A stretch of DNA of 64,000 nucleotides from Gnetum montanum (Eukaryota; Plantae; Gnetophyta). Shown here in pieces: positions 13,601 through 28,357 of the stretch (position 1 is the stretch's first letter; the number at the start of each line of letters is the position of its first letter). The notes beneath the pieces are model-generated. The model worked only from the letters and a program-made list of their open reading frames with translations, searched no databases and was not told the DNA's origin. The stretch covers positions 249,770 to 313,769 of the forward strand of contig MNCI01002155.1 of the NCBI GenBank assembly GCA_015680685.1, given 5' to 3'. A program made the position numbers and the translations under genes.

Positions 13601-14290
13601 AGTTCACATATTTTTGATCTTTGGGATAGTTCTAATAGAAGTGTAACTATTCAAGGTTATCATAATGGTTTTCTTAATTTTTCTTGAATAAATGGTCATC
13701 TTGTTTTACCATATCACTATACAATTATGTACAATATTATTATTTCTAATACTAATATTTAGCCTAGATTCACTTATCTTTGGAAGGATATTTAGAATAT
13801 GTAGTTATGAAAGTAGAGAATTCAAAAGATATGGAATCCCATCACTCCTTTAAAAATTAGATATTTTCTATAGTATTTGTTTCATCAAGGTTTATCTATT
13901 AGTATTCAATACTCTTAAGATTTCATAACCCAAGATGTCCTTTTTATAACATAGAAGACTCATTCATCCATTATTTTTTAACCTATCCTCTTGCTTGTAG
14001 CTCTTGGATTTGGTGTAGCAAGTATTTACATAGTTTGCAATCAAGCTTAGATGAAATTTTACTTGGTGACACTTCTCAACTTTAAATATTTCTACTTCAT
14101 ACTTGAATTTTCATTTTTTTTTCACTTATTCTTTATGCCATCTGAAAGTTACAATGTAATGTAGTTTTTCATAGAGATTCTTTAGCTAAGTTTCTTCCAT
14201 TGTCAATTCAAGATGATATCATTCAACAATAGTTGATTCTTTGGTTTATTTTTTAATCATTTATTTATTTAGTTTTTTATTAATAGATGA
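10700..14290 (+). mobile_element. Heavily degraded L1-type LINE ORF2 (endonuclease, RT, zf-RVT)
   Basis: NIYASN...CGDFNM (~10920-11030); FTWYN (11161); LIHKKDNL (~12117); FVKDRYILNN (~12260); LKLDYSKAYYRIE (~12343); SVR*GFPLTPYLF (~12520); C-terminal CPF...H remnant (~13935-14000). Confidence 0.85.
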
Positions 14291-14347
14291 TGAATCATGC
14301 AGTGATAGTTTTTATGTTAATTATAAGCCCTCGTTCTAGGGAGTATT

Positions 14348-15318
14348 TCATGTGTCCTATTTTTATAGTCTAGCATGTTTAGTAGAGGTTCTTGGTCTTT
14401 TGAGATGCATCCTTACCTCATGGATCATACTCTAAGATTATATGCATGTTTCCAAGCTCTCTAGGATGATTATGGCTTTATTTGAATGTCTTAGGGGCCC
14501 TTTTGGCATGTTTCCTCGGGTTTTGGCTTACATCCAAAATTGAAAAAGAAAAGTATGATTTTAGGAGGGTGTGCTGACTATCTTGTATTAGAGCACCCCA
14601 TGTGTTAGTATAGGGATATACATACACCCACTTGGTAGGTCTAGTTTACCTAACTACACCTCATGTGTGTTTAGGATTAGTTTGAGTTGTCTTGACAATC
14701 CTCCATTGATGCATAGGCATTGATGAACCCCTTCAATTTCTATGCAAAACTTATAAATACTCAGGATAAGATCTCACACTTAATAACTTTATTCTTAATA
14801 CTTTCATTTGGATTTTATCATCCCATTTTGTATGAAGAGCTCTTCCTCCCATGGTTAAGTTGATTCATTTCCCTATTTTATATGTTTTGAGTCATCACTT
14901 TCATAGGTGTAACTAGACTTTGTCAAAGTGCTACAATGCTTATGCAGCCTAAAATCATTTAGTTGATTTGGAGTTAAGTATTTACATGGTGAATAAAGCT
15001 TATGATTTTTGCTTATTCTACCACTGATGCCTTAAATATTAAAATACTAAAAACCATAAAAATATTTAGTTAATTCTCATTTTCTTAAGCTACGATGATT
15101 CATCCTTGCCTAAGAAAATCTTAACTATGTAGCTTGATGTTGGGCCATTGAGGTTTTGACTAAGAGTTATTTTTATTGCATTTAGTGTGTTGTGCTACAC
15201 CTATTCCCAAGAGGAATTTTAATGCATGGGTGTTTATTATTATTTTATTCTTATAATTATAAAATCCATAAAAATATTAAACTGTAAAATCATAAATATT
15301 CTCTCTTATCTTCCACCA
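14348..15318 (+). repeat. 5' LTR of element A
   Basis: Matches 31636-32185; TATA at ~14752. The end is inferred from ccacca followed by a PBS-like tggc and is uncertain. Confidence 0.6.
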
Positions 15319-16199
15319 TGGCAATACAGGTTTCTAACTATATCATATGTATTATAATCTCTTTTATATTTCTTAAATGTAATGATATATGTCAATTTTT
15401 TTGGCAATTACACTCAACATCGTTCTAGAAGATTACAACCAAATCACACTATGATTTTGATGATGAATTCCATTAGTCCAAAACCAACTAGATTCCTATC
15501 ATTAATTTACACATTCTTGATTTAACATTTATTGAAATCCAATGTGTGTTTCTTAGTGCTATGTGTAGGTTGTAAATATAAACAAGATGGTAGATAGTGC
15601 TAAGATCCTACCAAAGACCTCTAAAAATATTTCAAAAAGAAGAAAATTTTCCATCTTTGATCATTCAAAGGATGTAATAATTTCACCAATTCTGTTGGCT
15701 TATCATCAAAATGACTAGGGAAGATGGAGAGACATTCATGGATGGTTCTCTAAGAAACTAGTTGTTGTTGCATTAGATGATCTTAAATATGGCTTAATCA
15801 ACATGGGGCTAGAGGATGAATGTGTTACATACAAAGATCATGAGCTTGTGTATGATGAACATGAGTCTTTGTACATGCAAGATATTCAAGATTGAATGGT
15901 GGAAGAAGAGGCTAGCCATGACTTTTTATGTAATCATTCAAATGGAGAGAAGGAAGTCAAAGGAGATAAGAATGGCAAAGGGTCAATCCATTAGGAAGGT
16001 CCTTGGTTAGGTACTTTCACTTAAAGTATAGCCTAAAATCTAAATGATGACCTCCTTCCCAAGTTTCAACATTTATATTTATCTAGTTCTTCTAGTAATG
16101 AGGATGATGTCCCTTTGTTTAACTTGGGTATTTATCACAAACTAACTAAAGTTCTACACATTCCACAAGAACATGTTCATGATAGCAGAATCAAATGAA

Positions 16200-18330
16200 T
16201 CAACATGATTAATGTATCAACATATAGAGGGTATACTAGTGATGATCCCTAGATTCACATTCAAGCCTTTGATAATGATTGTTATTTCTAAGGAATCATG
16301 AGTAAGTGGTAGAAGTTGTGGTTATTTTCCTGCACCTTCATTGAGCATGTAGAAATCTAGTACAAATCCTTGTCCCCCTTAGATTAGTTTAGAGATGGAT
16401 GGATATGATCATAATCTTTTATGTCAAATTTCATACCTATTCTATAATTTCAAAAATTTAGAAGGAGATGGCCTATTGGAGGTAAGGAGTCCATGAACCT
16501 ATTGGCATCGCCATGGAAAGATACATGAAAACTATTTATTGCTATCCAAACCATGGTTTTAGCTAAGGTAGGAAACAATAGAATGTGTGGATATTTATGC
16601 AATGGGCTAGGTTTATAAAATATCTATGACCTAAATAAAAGTGCTCTTGGACATCATTACTAGCATGGAAGATGACTGGTGAAAGTAGCACTAAGCTAAG
16701 AAGTATAATTGCAACACAACACATAGAAGGAAGGCCAAAAATACTTAAGGTAAGCACAAAATTAGGTTAAAAAAAACAAGACCTTAACAAACATGACCCA
16801 TAAAGTGGACTAGGTTTAGGAAATGATGGAAAAAAAGATAATCACTACTCTCAAGGATATTGAGGATAAGGTGGTTAAAGTTATGGCCAAATCAATTGAA
16901 CCACATGAACTTAGAAAGAGGTATGAAGGTAAGGGTAAGGTGGTTGAAGCTGTAAATAAAGTAAGTGAACCACATGAATGTTGAAAGAGGTATGAAGGGA
17001 AGGACAAGAAAAAGCTCTTTCATTCTAAGAGCATTCAAGTAGACTTGAATGAGACCTTGTCATATTTTTATGATAAGGGCTCCTACAAATATTGTGCAAA
17101 TTCTCATGATTCATAGTGCTACCTAGTCATGGCTCACATGATTGATGAGATGGGATGATTTGGGATGCCTTTGAACCTTAGATTCATTAAAAGGTAAATA
17201 AGGTGAAATTAATACCCTAGTAATTCATACTATCCTAGTGGTTTATATCCAAAACCCATGTAGCAATACCAATTATGACAAGCTCAAAATCCTTGGGATG
17301 CTACTCCATGAAATCTTCCAACATCTATACAATATAATGTTTCTTGTCAATTCCTACTTGCATGATGCATAGGAAGGTGCTTATTAGCCTTCATTGATAA
17401 CCCCAATGGTACTTGCCTATTTCAAGTAGTCCTACTATTCAAGCTTCCTAGCAATAATAGCAGCAACTTCTACTTGGTCCCATGCAAGGTGGAATACCTA
17501 GTCAACCATTGCTAAGGTAAGATAAATCATGTAATATTACCTACTGTTTCAATCTTAGTTTCATGTATACATCTAGGAAATATTATCAATCTCTTGTTGA
17601 TTTGGTTGTGAGGAAAAATTTGAGGTCCAAGAGTAGGAAATTCTATTCAAAGCACAGACATAAGAACTATGAGACTAGATTTACATCTCCCTCTTAATCT
17701 TGTGTAAGGAAAAATAATTTAAGTTAGAAAATATCCCATATTTAGGATATCTTGGTGAAATTCCCTAATCATAGTCAAAGTACGATATCTACTTTATGAG
17801 CAAGTTCCACTATTATGTCTAGTAGAGGTAACAAGATGGTACTTGATGATCATGTTATCACCATTCCCATATCCATGATGGCAACAAGGTAACCAAAGGA
17901 GGATATTTGTCTAAAAAGTGATCAAATCCTGGTAGTCCCATGGTGGAAATTATGTTGGTACAAAGGATCATTTCCTTGCTCTCTATGAATCTAGTTTAGA
18001 AGTCAATATCATCTCATTATAGTAGTACCTTGATTAGGGACCTTTTTCTCTCAAGCCTACTAACATTTGATAAGATCTAGTAGACCAATCCTATGCATAC
18101 CTCATGTGATAAGTATGTGATGTAATAACTTTTGTTGCAAGTTGGAAGTTTCTTGTTGATTTCCTAGTAATCAAGTTAAAAAACAAGGTGAAAGAGGATC
18201 TTCCTTTTATTATGGGGAGAGATTGGTTAAGCACTAATGATGCTAGGTTGGTCTTTGAAGAACTTCATCTTAAAATCAATAAAAGAGATAAGACCAAAAA
18301 CATGAATTACAAGAGAATACCTTGTGAGCC
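16200..18330 (+). pseudogene. Element A gag and aspartic protease remnant
   Basis: DDP..HIQAF and LFSCTFIEHVEI*YKSL (gag); SWKFLVDFLVIK...PFIMGRDWL (protease C-terminal half, ~18140-18230). Confidence 0.75.
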
Positions 18331-20821
18331 TTCTTGGTCTTGTTGTACTATGCACATGTGCCATTAAAGTGAGCCAAATAGAACACCTAATGAGCAAAAA
18401 TGGTATACCATAATGAATATATTTATTCTATAAGAATACATAACATTCAATTTAATACTCAGAGATCTCTCAAGTGATATACATGGATGAGTCATGGAGG
18501 AGGAATTCTCCGTGCCATGTCAAAATTTATTTTCTTGCTATTTTCATTTATGTATTTAATAAATATGGTGAGTTTAGTTAGAATTTTCTTCTTTTTTGAG
18601 CTTAATGATAAACATTTATGATATTTTATTTTCTCTTAGAGTATTTTTGTTATGTATGTGGGAAAAATAATTAATGTGCTTTATAAATGCTCATCTAAGA
18701 AGCCCATGGTGGATGGATGAGTTATAGATGTGATGAGAATGAGAGAGTGTTAAATGGATCTAAAGTGGATCATTAATCAATGGCAAGTTAACACAACAAA
18801 CTTATCCATCTTCTTTCCCTCCATCCATCACTAGTAAACTAGGCTCAAATTTAGCATGAAGTTAGAACTCATACTATGAGTTGTTGAAGGTAATACTACT
18901 AGAACTATGGGTAGGTGATGGGTCTACATCTTAGGGTGTAAGCTCTAGAATCTTGGAAAATTTTGTAGTCAGTGGATGGATCTAATCCATGTGTCATTAA
19001 GGATTCTTGTAACCATTGGATGAATCTAATCCATGTGATTAGACTAATATGCACATGTTATCTTGCCTAGACACTATGGTTAAAAGAGGTTTGTGATCTT
19101 ATGAACCTATGCAAATCATGTGGCAGGGGATGAATTCTCATATTCATTGAAGTTGAAGATGATATATGGTGATTTGGGACTTTAATAATTTCCATGATTC
19201 TCATGCTCCATTAAAAATCCTCTTTCTATACAAGAAAAGGAGAATATAAAAATGATAAAAATATGAAAAATGAAAAGAATAGAAAATATGATGAAAACAA
19301 TGAAAAGAAGAAATAGAAAAGAGAAAAGAAGAAAATATATTAGTAAAATAACAATGATGATAAGAAGATGTGTTGGGAAGATCAATGTGCCCTTAAGCTT
19401 ATTGGTTCATGCAAGTTAGTATTTTTACCATTTGAATCAATCTTATAATTGTGGACATTAAAGTTAAGCAAGTGGTTGAACCAATGCCTATGTAAGTCTT
19501 TCTCATGTTTAACCCATTATCTAGATTACTTGACTTCCCAAAATTTCATATTCCAAGACAATATTTTGCTCATCCCTACCCATGGCCATAAAGGTTCATA
19601 AGTCTCCCTCTTAGAAAACTTTGGAAATATTAATTATTGCTTCCACCACAATCACAAACTATTTTTTCTCTAGAGTCAACATCATCATTCTTGACCTAAG
19701 CTTTAATCATATTTCAAACTAAAATTTATTGCTTTTTTGGTCATGGTTTTGTAATATTTTTTTTATGATGTGAAGTTTGTGAGCATAACCAAGGGGATCA
19801 ATGAGAGATTTCTCATAGAGAAAAATTCAAGAACCTTGTTGTGCATACATGCATGAATGAAGAAAAACCAAAATAGAATCTTGACTTCTAGATGTTTGAT
19901 ATCATGTTACCTTGGTTCAATTTCACCATTGATTAGACCATGGAAAAATCAAGGCTAGATGACACTAAAAGTAGTAGATGTAACCTTCACTTGGAAGGGA
20001 GACCTAGAGATCAATCTCGATGATGTGGATGAGTAGTGGTAAAAGGATGTGACAATAGATCCCTTGTGGAAATGCTCCATGAGCTAAATAAATTATTGAC
20101 TAAGAAGCTGATGGTGTTGCACTCTTATCCTTTCTCTCTCTCATCCATTATTTATTCTCCATATCTTCCATTCCATTCTTGTCCATAGTTGTGTGTGGAA
20201 GGAATTCAATCATGAAAAGTAGAGGATGAGAGCTAGTCATCCAAGGAGAAAACTTATGTTTGATGCTAATGTTTCACTAGTTGTTGGGAATCCATAGATG
20301 GCTTATCAATAGGTTTTATAAGGGCAAGAAAAATAAGTGCCTACTATGGAAAGGATCCACTTGTGAATCCTTGGTGGATTAACATTGCAAGTGATTAAGT
20401 TCAAGCTAATCACCCAGTGATGGTGACTATTGTCTTACGTAAGATACTTGATTAGTCTTCCACTTTTGTAAGTGTAAACTCTATTGTATGTTAAGATTTG
20501 ATCATCATACATTGTCTTTAGTTCATCTTAATGATATCTGTATTCCATTATTCTTGATGCTCTTATCATTCTCCTATTTCTCTAACCCCTATTTTCTACC
20601 TTTCGATTGATGGGAACACATAAATTAATCAATCAACTCAACTCCCATGATTACAAATGTCATCACTAGTAAGTTTATAATTCTCTTATTATCTTAGTCC
20701 TTAGATACTTTACTAGGTCAATTCATGGTGATTTTGACATGTTGTTGACCTTACACAAGGCTCCAGTGGTAAAGGAAGGTAATTTTAAGGCTTAAATGAC
20801 ACAGTTTGAAATTTTCCAAAG

Positions 20822-20920
20822 TTTGGAAGGATGTGCTAATGTACCTATAATATCAACATAGGGGTGTCAGTGTCCCTGTGCTAGTGCACCCCTTCTTGCA
20901 TCGTTGCACTACTATAAATT
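20822..20920 (+). promoter_or_regulatory. Putative internal promoter of element A ORF2
   Basis: TATAAAT at 20913-20919, preceded by gtgctaatgt, atatcaacat, gtgtcagtgt and gtgctagtgc. All four derive from GCGCCGGCGC by transitions, and the same motif class occurs in the LTR at 14560-14630. Confidence 0.5.
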
Positions 20921-23900
20921 AGGGAACATAGGCTCCCAAACTCATTCTTACACTTTGTCATTTTCATTTTTGATTTTCTTTGTTTACAAATTTTTCAAAA
21001 ATAAGTGAAAATTCGTTAGACTTTCACAAAAATGGTTGGATTAGTGATATTTTTGTTCACATTCTTCTTGGTCTTTCTTATCATTGGAATTTTATTCATG
21101 GCTTGAGCCTAGTATCCTGTAACTCCATCATGAGGGAGAGGCACTAATTTAGATATGTGTTTAATGCATTTGGTAGTTATTTAATTATCTCTACCTTATT
21201 TATACTTGCCCATGCACTTCATGATTCAATAGTTGTGATAATGTTTCTTAATTATTTTCAAGGGTTGTATTGATCATTATTTTTATGAGTAATTTTTGCA
21301 ATGGTAGTATGATGCTTAAAGAGCCCACCTAATTTTTGGTAGTTTTTATAGTCATCATGTTATGGTTATTGTGATCCAAGATCCACAGACCAAGGAGGGC
21401 TAAGGTTGAAAAATCTCAAGATCTTGTCTACAAACCCTTATGTGAACCATCAGTTTCCAAGAAGGAGGAAGAAGAAGAACTCAAATCTTCTGATCCAGAA
21501 TCTATAAGTCCCACTCTAGAGAAATCCACACCCAAAAGTAGATTGGAACACAAGTAGTTATACTCTCAATCTTTGGATTGAGCACATGTGTAGTAGTATG
21601 TGACTAAGTAAGTGTTAGAAAGAAGCTAGTGAAAGATGATGATGAGGAAGCTAATGACATCCAAAAAAACATAGGTGCACATAGCATCTAGTAAGGACCA
21701 ATTCATAAAGAGAAGAATTATTGTCAATTCCTTGAGCTTAGTTCTCTTAAGCTCAAGGAGTCACTGCAGTGGCTAAGATTCTATGAATATATCACCCAAT
21801 CCTTCACATGATACTAGTATGAGGTAGAGAAATTCTACCAAAATATTGTAGCACACAATGCCATGTCTTTCATTGATGAAGTTCATGTACCTATTTATGC
21901 ATGAATGATCACCAGGACTATAGGATTTCCAAATGAGTTGGTAAATAACTATTGGTAACAGACCTACAAGACTGAGCCCAAGCTTAGGTCAAAGGTTCTA
22001 TTTGATGCCTTTAACATGAATAAAGTGGAGGTCAAGATGTCCAAACTTCCTAGAGTTCATAATGTCATTTACAAAATGTTTACATAACCTTTTATCAATC
22101 AAATGATCATCAGGTATCTTTACTTAGGGTGTAAATATTGTAGAAATGATGGGAGAAAAATGTATCATCAACATATCATATTTTCTTTACAAGACCTTAT
22201 TTCATAAGATTAAGGATGTGACCACACATAAGAGGGAATTCTATGCCTTTCCATAGCTAATTTAAAAATTTGGTAAGCTAGAAGGCTTAGTTAATCATGT
22301 GGAAAGGCATCTCACAACTACAGGAATTGTAGACTAAAAAAATATAATGGTGGTTACTCCAAGATGATGTTCAAAAGTCATTTGAGGTATACCCAATTTA
22401 GAGGATGAGGTGCCTTCTATGGAGGTAACTCATATTTGAGCTTCAGACTAGCTCTACTAGTGCTAAACAAGGGCATCATTTTTGTGTCTTACTTCTCAAT
22501 GAACATAGGTACAATAACGTAGTCGATCCATTACCCAACCTCTTGGTTTTAGCATTAGGAAAAGCTAAGAACCTCTTTGTAGTCATATATTTTGTCTTGT
22601 TAAGAACATTAAAGATGAAAGACAAGCTACCAAAATTCATGTTGAGGGTTAACTTTGTAGCAATTTCATAAATACAATGGAAGCCATCTTGGTTGATGAG
22701 GCTATAAGGGAGGATCTTTTTCACTTTCCTTTGACCTTGCTAGATGATCCACTCATGGTCCATTATGATGCTCATGTTCAATCTCAAACCTATATTCCTT
22801 CATGAAGTGTTTTCTCTTCACATTCATCAAGTCGTACCATGCACAACATCAAACATGTTGCAAAGGTCCTCAAGGTTCCCATTGATCAAACTGGGAATAG
22901 TCATTGGGTAAAGGAAGATCAAAGAATCAACATAAGTACCAAGTTGCTATTAAGAAACATCAATGATGGGACATGATATCACATGGGCCACGATATCATG
23001 TACGCGATATCGCATCCCTCGCAATATCGCGTCATCCCCTGCCATATCGCATACGCGATAGCACGGTGCGTCATCATATATATAAATAAGAGGTGGCTCT
23101 CCCTTGTTTCATCATCCTAGGCTTATACCATAGTGAAACTCTAGCAGATTGATCGCTCTAGAGATAGAATATTTTCCATGTGCCCACAGTAGGAGTCCTA
23201 AAGTGAACGGATCTTTATTCGAGCAAACATTATACCTGAACAAAAGTTTGTGTACGGCAATAAAGACGAGCATCTTGGATAAACCTTGCAGTGCATGAAA
23301 TAGGCTAATTAGGATTTATTTATTGTTATTTACTATTTTCCATTTAAATGCTTTATTAGTTGTTAAATCTTTCTCAACCCTTTTCTCCTAGTTAAGTGCC
23401 TCAGTACGACCGCTTCGAGCACGTGCATTACGCGTGGTGATCCTAGCAACGACTAGTGTTTGGTAACCATAGTTGCATTAGTTCAGGGTGTGAACGGTAA
23501 GTGGGAACAGATGCTGATGTTAGGTTAATTCAGACTTAGTTAGTTAGTTAGAGTTAGTAATTAGTCTCTTCAACCCTTCACCTCTCAGCATAGGAGATAA
23601 AATAGAAAAAGTTATAAAAATCATATACCTTAGAATTACTGAATCATACACCGTGACAAATACAAGTAAGTCTGAAAAGAAAACAAATAATTAACCTTAA
23701 GTGTTTCATGAGGCGTGTAGGCACTTAGTTTGCGGAGTTTGACCGGATCACACATGTTACGCTCATATTCGTATGGTTGAGTATAGGGGTACCTCACCAT
23801 TCATCATTGGCGCCATTGCTGGGGACTAAGTGTTTGTGTGCTAAGTAGAACATAAGAGATCATTCACATCGTTAGGAGCTTAAATGAACCTTAGGGTTAA

Positions 23901-23951
23901 TTAAACGAAAAAAAATTATATAACGGTTAAATAGCACATCGATAAGACACC

Positions 23952-26900
23952 ATGTCTTCTTCTTCTTCTCATAAGAGCAACTCACCACCTAGGGACAATA
24001 CAAAGAACAGTTGGCAATCAAAAAAACATAACCAAAATTTGCTAGTTCCTCAACAATATAGGGTGGAATATACTCATCCCGATGAGTATATTCCAAATTT
24101 TACTTTTACCTTCCATCAAGATGAACAGATGCACTGGAGAGACTTGCAAGGTAACATTGTGTTACCTTCGGATCGTGCAGTCCCCAACATGCTCCTCTGT
24201 GCTTTGGCACAGATCAGCATGACTCAGCTCTATGTTGAATACGTTGTAGAAAATTTTGACATGAGGGATTACCATCCCACAGCTTTACAATGTATGAGGG
24301 TCTCAGGGCATGAGAGCCAACATACACTGTTGAAGGGCAAAGAGGTCCCGCACATCCTAAGTGAAATCGGAGATGGTGAACCACTCATAACGGGTTCTCT
24401 ATCAAAAGATGTTCCCCCTCCTAATGAAAGTGAGGAGGTGGGGTATCAGAACTTGTGATCCATGATACAAAACCCTAGTTCTAATCCTCGTGAACGCCAA
24501 CTGTTCATAGAGGGAACAACAGCTCATGATAAGGATGGGCACTTTGATCATCATCACAATTAGGGCCACAGCAACCGAAGAGGAGGTAGGAAACATTGTC
24601 ATGGTGATGGTTCTCCTTCTTCTTCCCATTCTTCACATCATTCACCCTCTCCTTCCACATCTGGATGCAACCATCACGAGCATAACGATGAGGATAGAGG
24701 TAGGCAAAATGAGAGACCTCGACGAGAAAGTTGAGAGAGAGGATAAGGGCATGAACGAAGGGAAAGTAGGAAACAATGCAAACATCATAGACATCATGAA
24801 AGAGATGATCATGATGAACCCCTACTTGCCACCTGAAGTATGCTCGATATAACGGAGGTAGTGAGAATACCAACAATGTATTTAAAAGATAGTCAGATCA
24901 AGTGCCTAGACATGAACAATATCCCACGCTTCGAAGGGGGATACAACACAGATCTACAACATCATTTATAGGCATTCCACGATGCCTGTGCCTTGCAAAA
25001 CATAGAGAATGAGTGGAAGAAACTAAATTTTTTTCCCAGAACACTCATCAAGGAAGCAGAGAGTTGGTACTGGTCCTTGGAACTGGAAACCATCAAGACA
25101 TGGAGTACGATGTTAGAACTCTTCAACGATAAGTATCAGACATACTCTAGAGTGTCTAACTTGCGTAAGCAGATCCAAGGATGGAAGCAAGGTACTCATG
25201 AATCCTTGGATCCTACCATGGGTCGCTACTATGCATTGTTACATCGTTGCCTAGGCCATGGTTATGCACAACGGGACCAACTTCGCCACATCGTAGATGG
25301 GCTAAGATATGAGACTAGGAGAACCCTTGGGACTTATGCCCAAGGGAGATTATCAGAACTTAGAGCCCATGAGATACATTGCTTATTGAAGCAAGTAGCC
25401 AAAGAATAAGGTGAGCTACGAGAAAGGGAAATTGTGGAAGAATATAACCATGATCCCTCTCTTCAAAAGAAGGGAGTGAAATTTTGCGATGAAGAGGATG
25501 AGTCACCACTCGAAGAGTTGGTGAACAGAAAAATCTTGATGATTCAAAAACTAATAATATAAGTATCGGCTAAGCTAGATTAATTGTGGGATTCCTTAGA
25601 CTCTAAACTTGAAACTGTCTTGAAAATCGTAGAAGAGTCTAAGGTGGAACAAAGTAGTGACAAAGATAAGAAAAAGAGGCGAGATTCAGGCCTTGCACAT
25701 AACAAGGGTAAGGGGAAAATTACTATCTCTGATGACGTTGCAGACTCAGACACAAACGATGATGGTGGATGTGAGATCTACCAATATGACCATCCTAAAG
25801 GATGTTGTCCAATCATCTCACATCTACAAGAGTCTGGGGTGTATGCACTCAACTCGAGACTCAACATACGGTAGACACCTCGAAGGTTACCTTATCCCCA
25901 AGGTAACCCAAGGCAGTTCCACCAACCGTTGATGTACTATCCAAGTGGAACTTCACCACAACCCATTGGACAACATCAATAGTGGTAATACCCATAGTCA
26001 TGGGGGATGCCACCACCGAAACAATAATACCCTTACCAGCAACCAGACCCATATGGATATTATGTGCAGTAGCTGATTTCTCCAAGTGACTCTATGGGTC
26101 ACACAACTCCCCAACGTCACTACCAAGTTCAGGAGTACTTTAGGAGGACTCATTCTCCTCTGGGAGGCACCCCACATACCTACCATCCTCCTAATCTGTC
26201 TGCACCTCTTCCATCAGTAGTTTCCATAACACCTCCTACTCCAACAATGCAAGGGGAACTCCCCACTTAACCGCAGCAACGTAACGCTACGAGAGCTATA
26301 AACATTCAACCCATTGCTGGTTCTAACAACTATAAAAAGAGAAGACCTTTCTTCAAAACCAAAAGCCCAGACAAACTCTCACAACAACAAGTGGTTGAGT
26401 CCACAACCACTCCTCCAACAAACAAAACTTTAGAGCACCCTTCAGTCCAACAACAAAGATGTACACATATGGTTATGTTAACGCATACCGTAACCAACTG
26501 GATCAAGGTAGGCCACCTTCCCAGGAAACCATCTGACCCTGGAAGCCCCTTAATCTATCTACAAGTCACCAGGAACAAACCACATAAGGCTCTTCTTGAC
26601 TCAAGTTCTAGAGTTAATTTAATATCACAAGAAATGTATCAAGCCTGGAACTTGCCCCAACTTAAGAAGAGAAACATTCAACTAGAGCTGGCTGACCAGT
26701 CCATCATCATTCCCTTAAGATTGGTGGAGGACATTGTTACCACTATGTGTGGTTGGTCCTACCTAGCTAACTTCCTAGTGATAGAGGTCAACAACAATCA
26801 AGGGAACTTCCCAATTATAATGGGAAGGCCATGGCTAAGAATAGTAGACGCGTACCTAGGGATCCGCGATCTTTCCTTGAAGATATCTAAGATAAACATT

Positions 26901-27230
26901 TATGGAAAGATCGAGAAGAAGAAAGTTCCATGCATCACATATAGTGACTTAGAGGGTGATGACATGGAAGAATGTTTAGCATCTCTTCCATGTAATCAGT
27001 GTGCCCAAGAAACACAAATTCAAAGGTGCCTGTATGTAGCAACCACACAAGTAGTAGACACCCCGTGGTTGACGGCTACTAGAAAGAGCAATTGACAAAC
27101 ATGCATGGAACGAACTGGGGAAATAACCCATGTCAACAATAAAGGCATAAATACCTTGGAATATGGGCATCGCCAACTTCCATCCCTTACTCTAAGAACA
27201 TCAATTGGGAGAAGTTGGGAACTTCTATGA
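23952..27230 (+). pseudogene. Element B gag and aspartic protease, interrupted by stops and frameshifts
   Basis: WKKLNFFPRTLIKEAESWYWSL (retrotransposon gag, 24993-25409); DPGSPLI...ALLDSSSRVNLI...LELADQSI...PIIMGRPWL (protease, 26391-27095). Confidence 0.9.
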
Positions 27231-27329
27231 AATTCAAACAAACACTCATTATTTCGGATCTCTCCCTTGCAATTCAATCATGGGGAGATGGCCACCTATG
27301 CTAATCATTTGGGGCCCTTAGTTCTCTTT

Positions 27330-27545
27330 AGTTTTTATTTTACACGTTTTTGTTTTACACGTTTTTTTACACGTTCTTGTTTTACACATTTTTTTTACAC
27401 GTTTTTGTCTTACACATTTTTATTTTACAAATTTCTTTAACTTTTTTTGTTTTTGTTTTACAATTTTTTAAACTTTTCTTATTTTTTTTTTACAAATTTC
27501 TTTAACTTTTCTTGTTTTTGTTTTACAACATTGTTATACTTTTTC
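27330..27545. repeat. T-rich minisatellite (ttttacacgtttt-type units)
   Basis: Repeated ttttacac/ttttacaa cores are directly visible after the protease region. Confidence 0.8.
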
Positions 27546-28357
27546 ATTTCTTTGTGTGTGTGTGTTTTATCCACCCTATAAGTTTGTCACCTAATAAGTG
27601 TTCTTCATGATGGTATGAACAGTGTTTCTATTGATTGCTAATGTTTAGTTTTTACCTTTAAGTCATGATGTTGATACTAAGGTATGTTTATTTTGATATG
27701 GCAGGCAATGAGTTCACTTCATCCATCCATCCACTAGGTTCTATGGTCTCTCTTGGCTTGGAAATGTACAGTCCTTTTCTAAATAAGAACTTTAACGAAT
27801 AAGTGATATGGCATTTCTCAAACTAAGGAAGGACTCAAGGATTGAAAAAGGTGTGACTTCAAGGGAACTTGATGCTTTTGTGTTGGCCATTCTCTTGGGT
27901 GCTTGGATGTTTTCTTCTTGAGTTTTCTTACCATTTTGACATTACCCAATTATCGGAAGCTGAGCAAATAAAAATAAGAAGTCTTTGCATGGTGTGGTTC
28001 TCAGGCATAAAAACACAAAACACAAAAATAAAAAAAATGAGAAAAGAAGAAAAAAGAAAAGAAAAGGAAGTGATAATTCAAAGCACACCTCTTAGACGGA
28101 ATAATCATTTGGGCTACAAGCACTGGTTATGGAACTAAAATAAAAATGTTCCCTCTAACTAAGGCCCTTCTCGCTTCCCATTCTCTCCTCCTTGTTTTGT
28201 CAGAATGGTGGTGGCTCTTTGAAGATGCATTCTTGTTACTTCAAGGGGATGGATTGGCTGAATGCATTAATGAGAAGTCACTGGATGTAGTTGGTTTGAG
28301 GCTGGAGTTGGAATGAGATTTGCTAAGTCACATTAATCATGAAACACACAAGGGGCT

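Noticed and set aside
12885-13687. Hydrophobic ORFs as membrane proteins (also 19182-19385)
   Set aside because: They are off-frame readings of the AT-rich decayed LINE and of an A-rich low-complexity tract.
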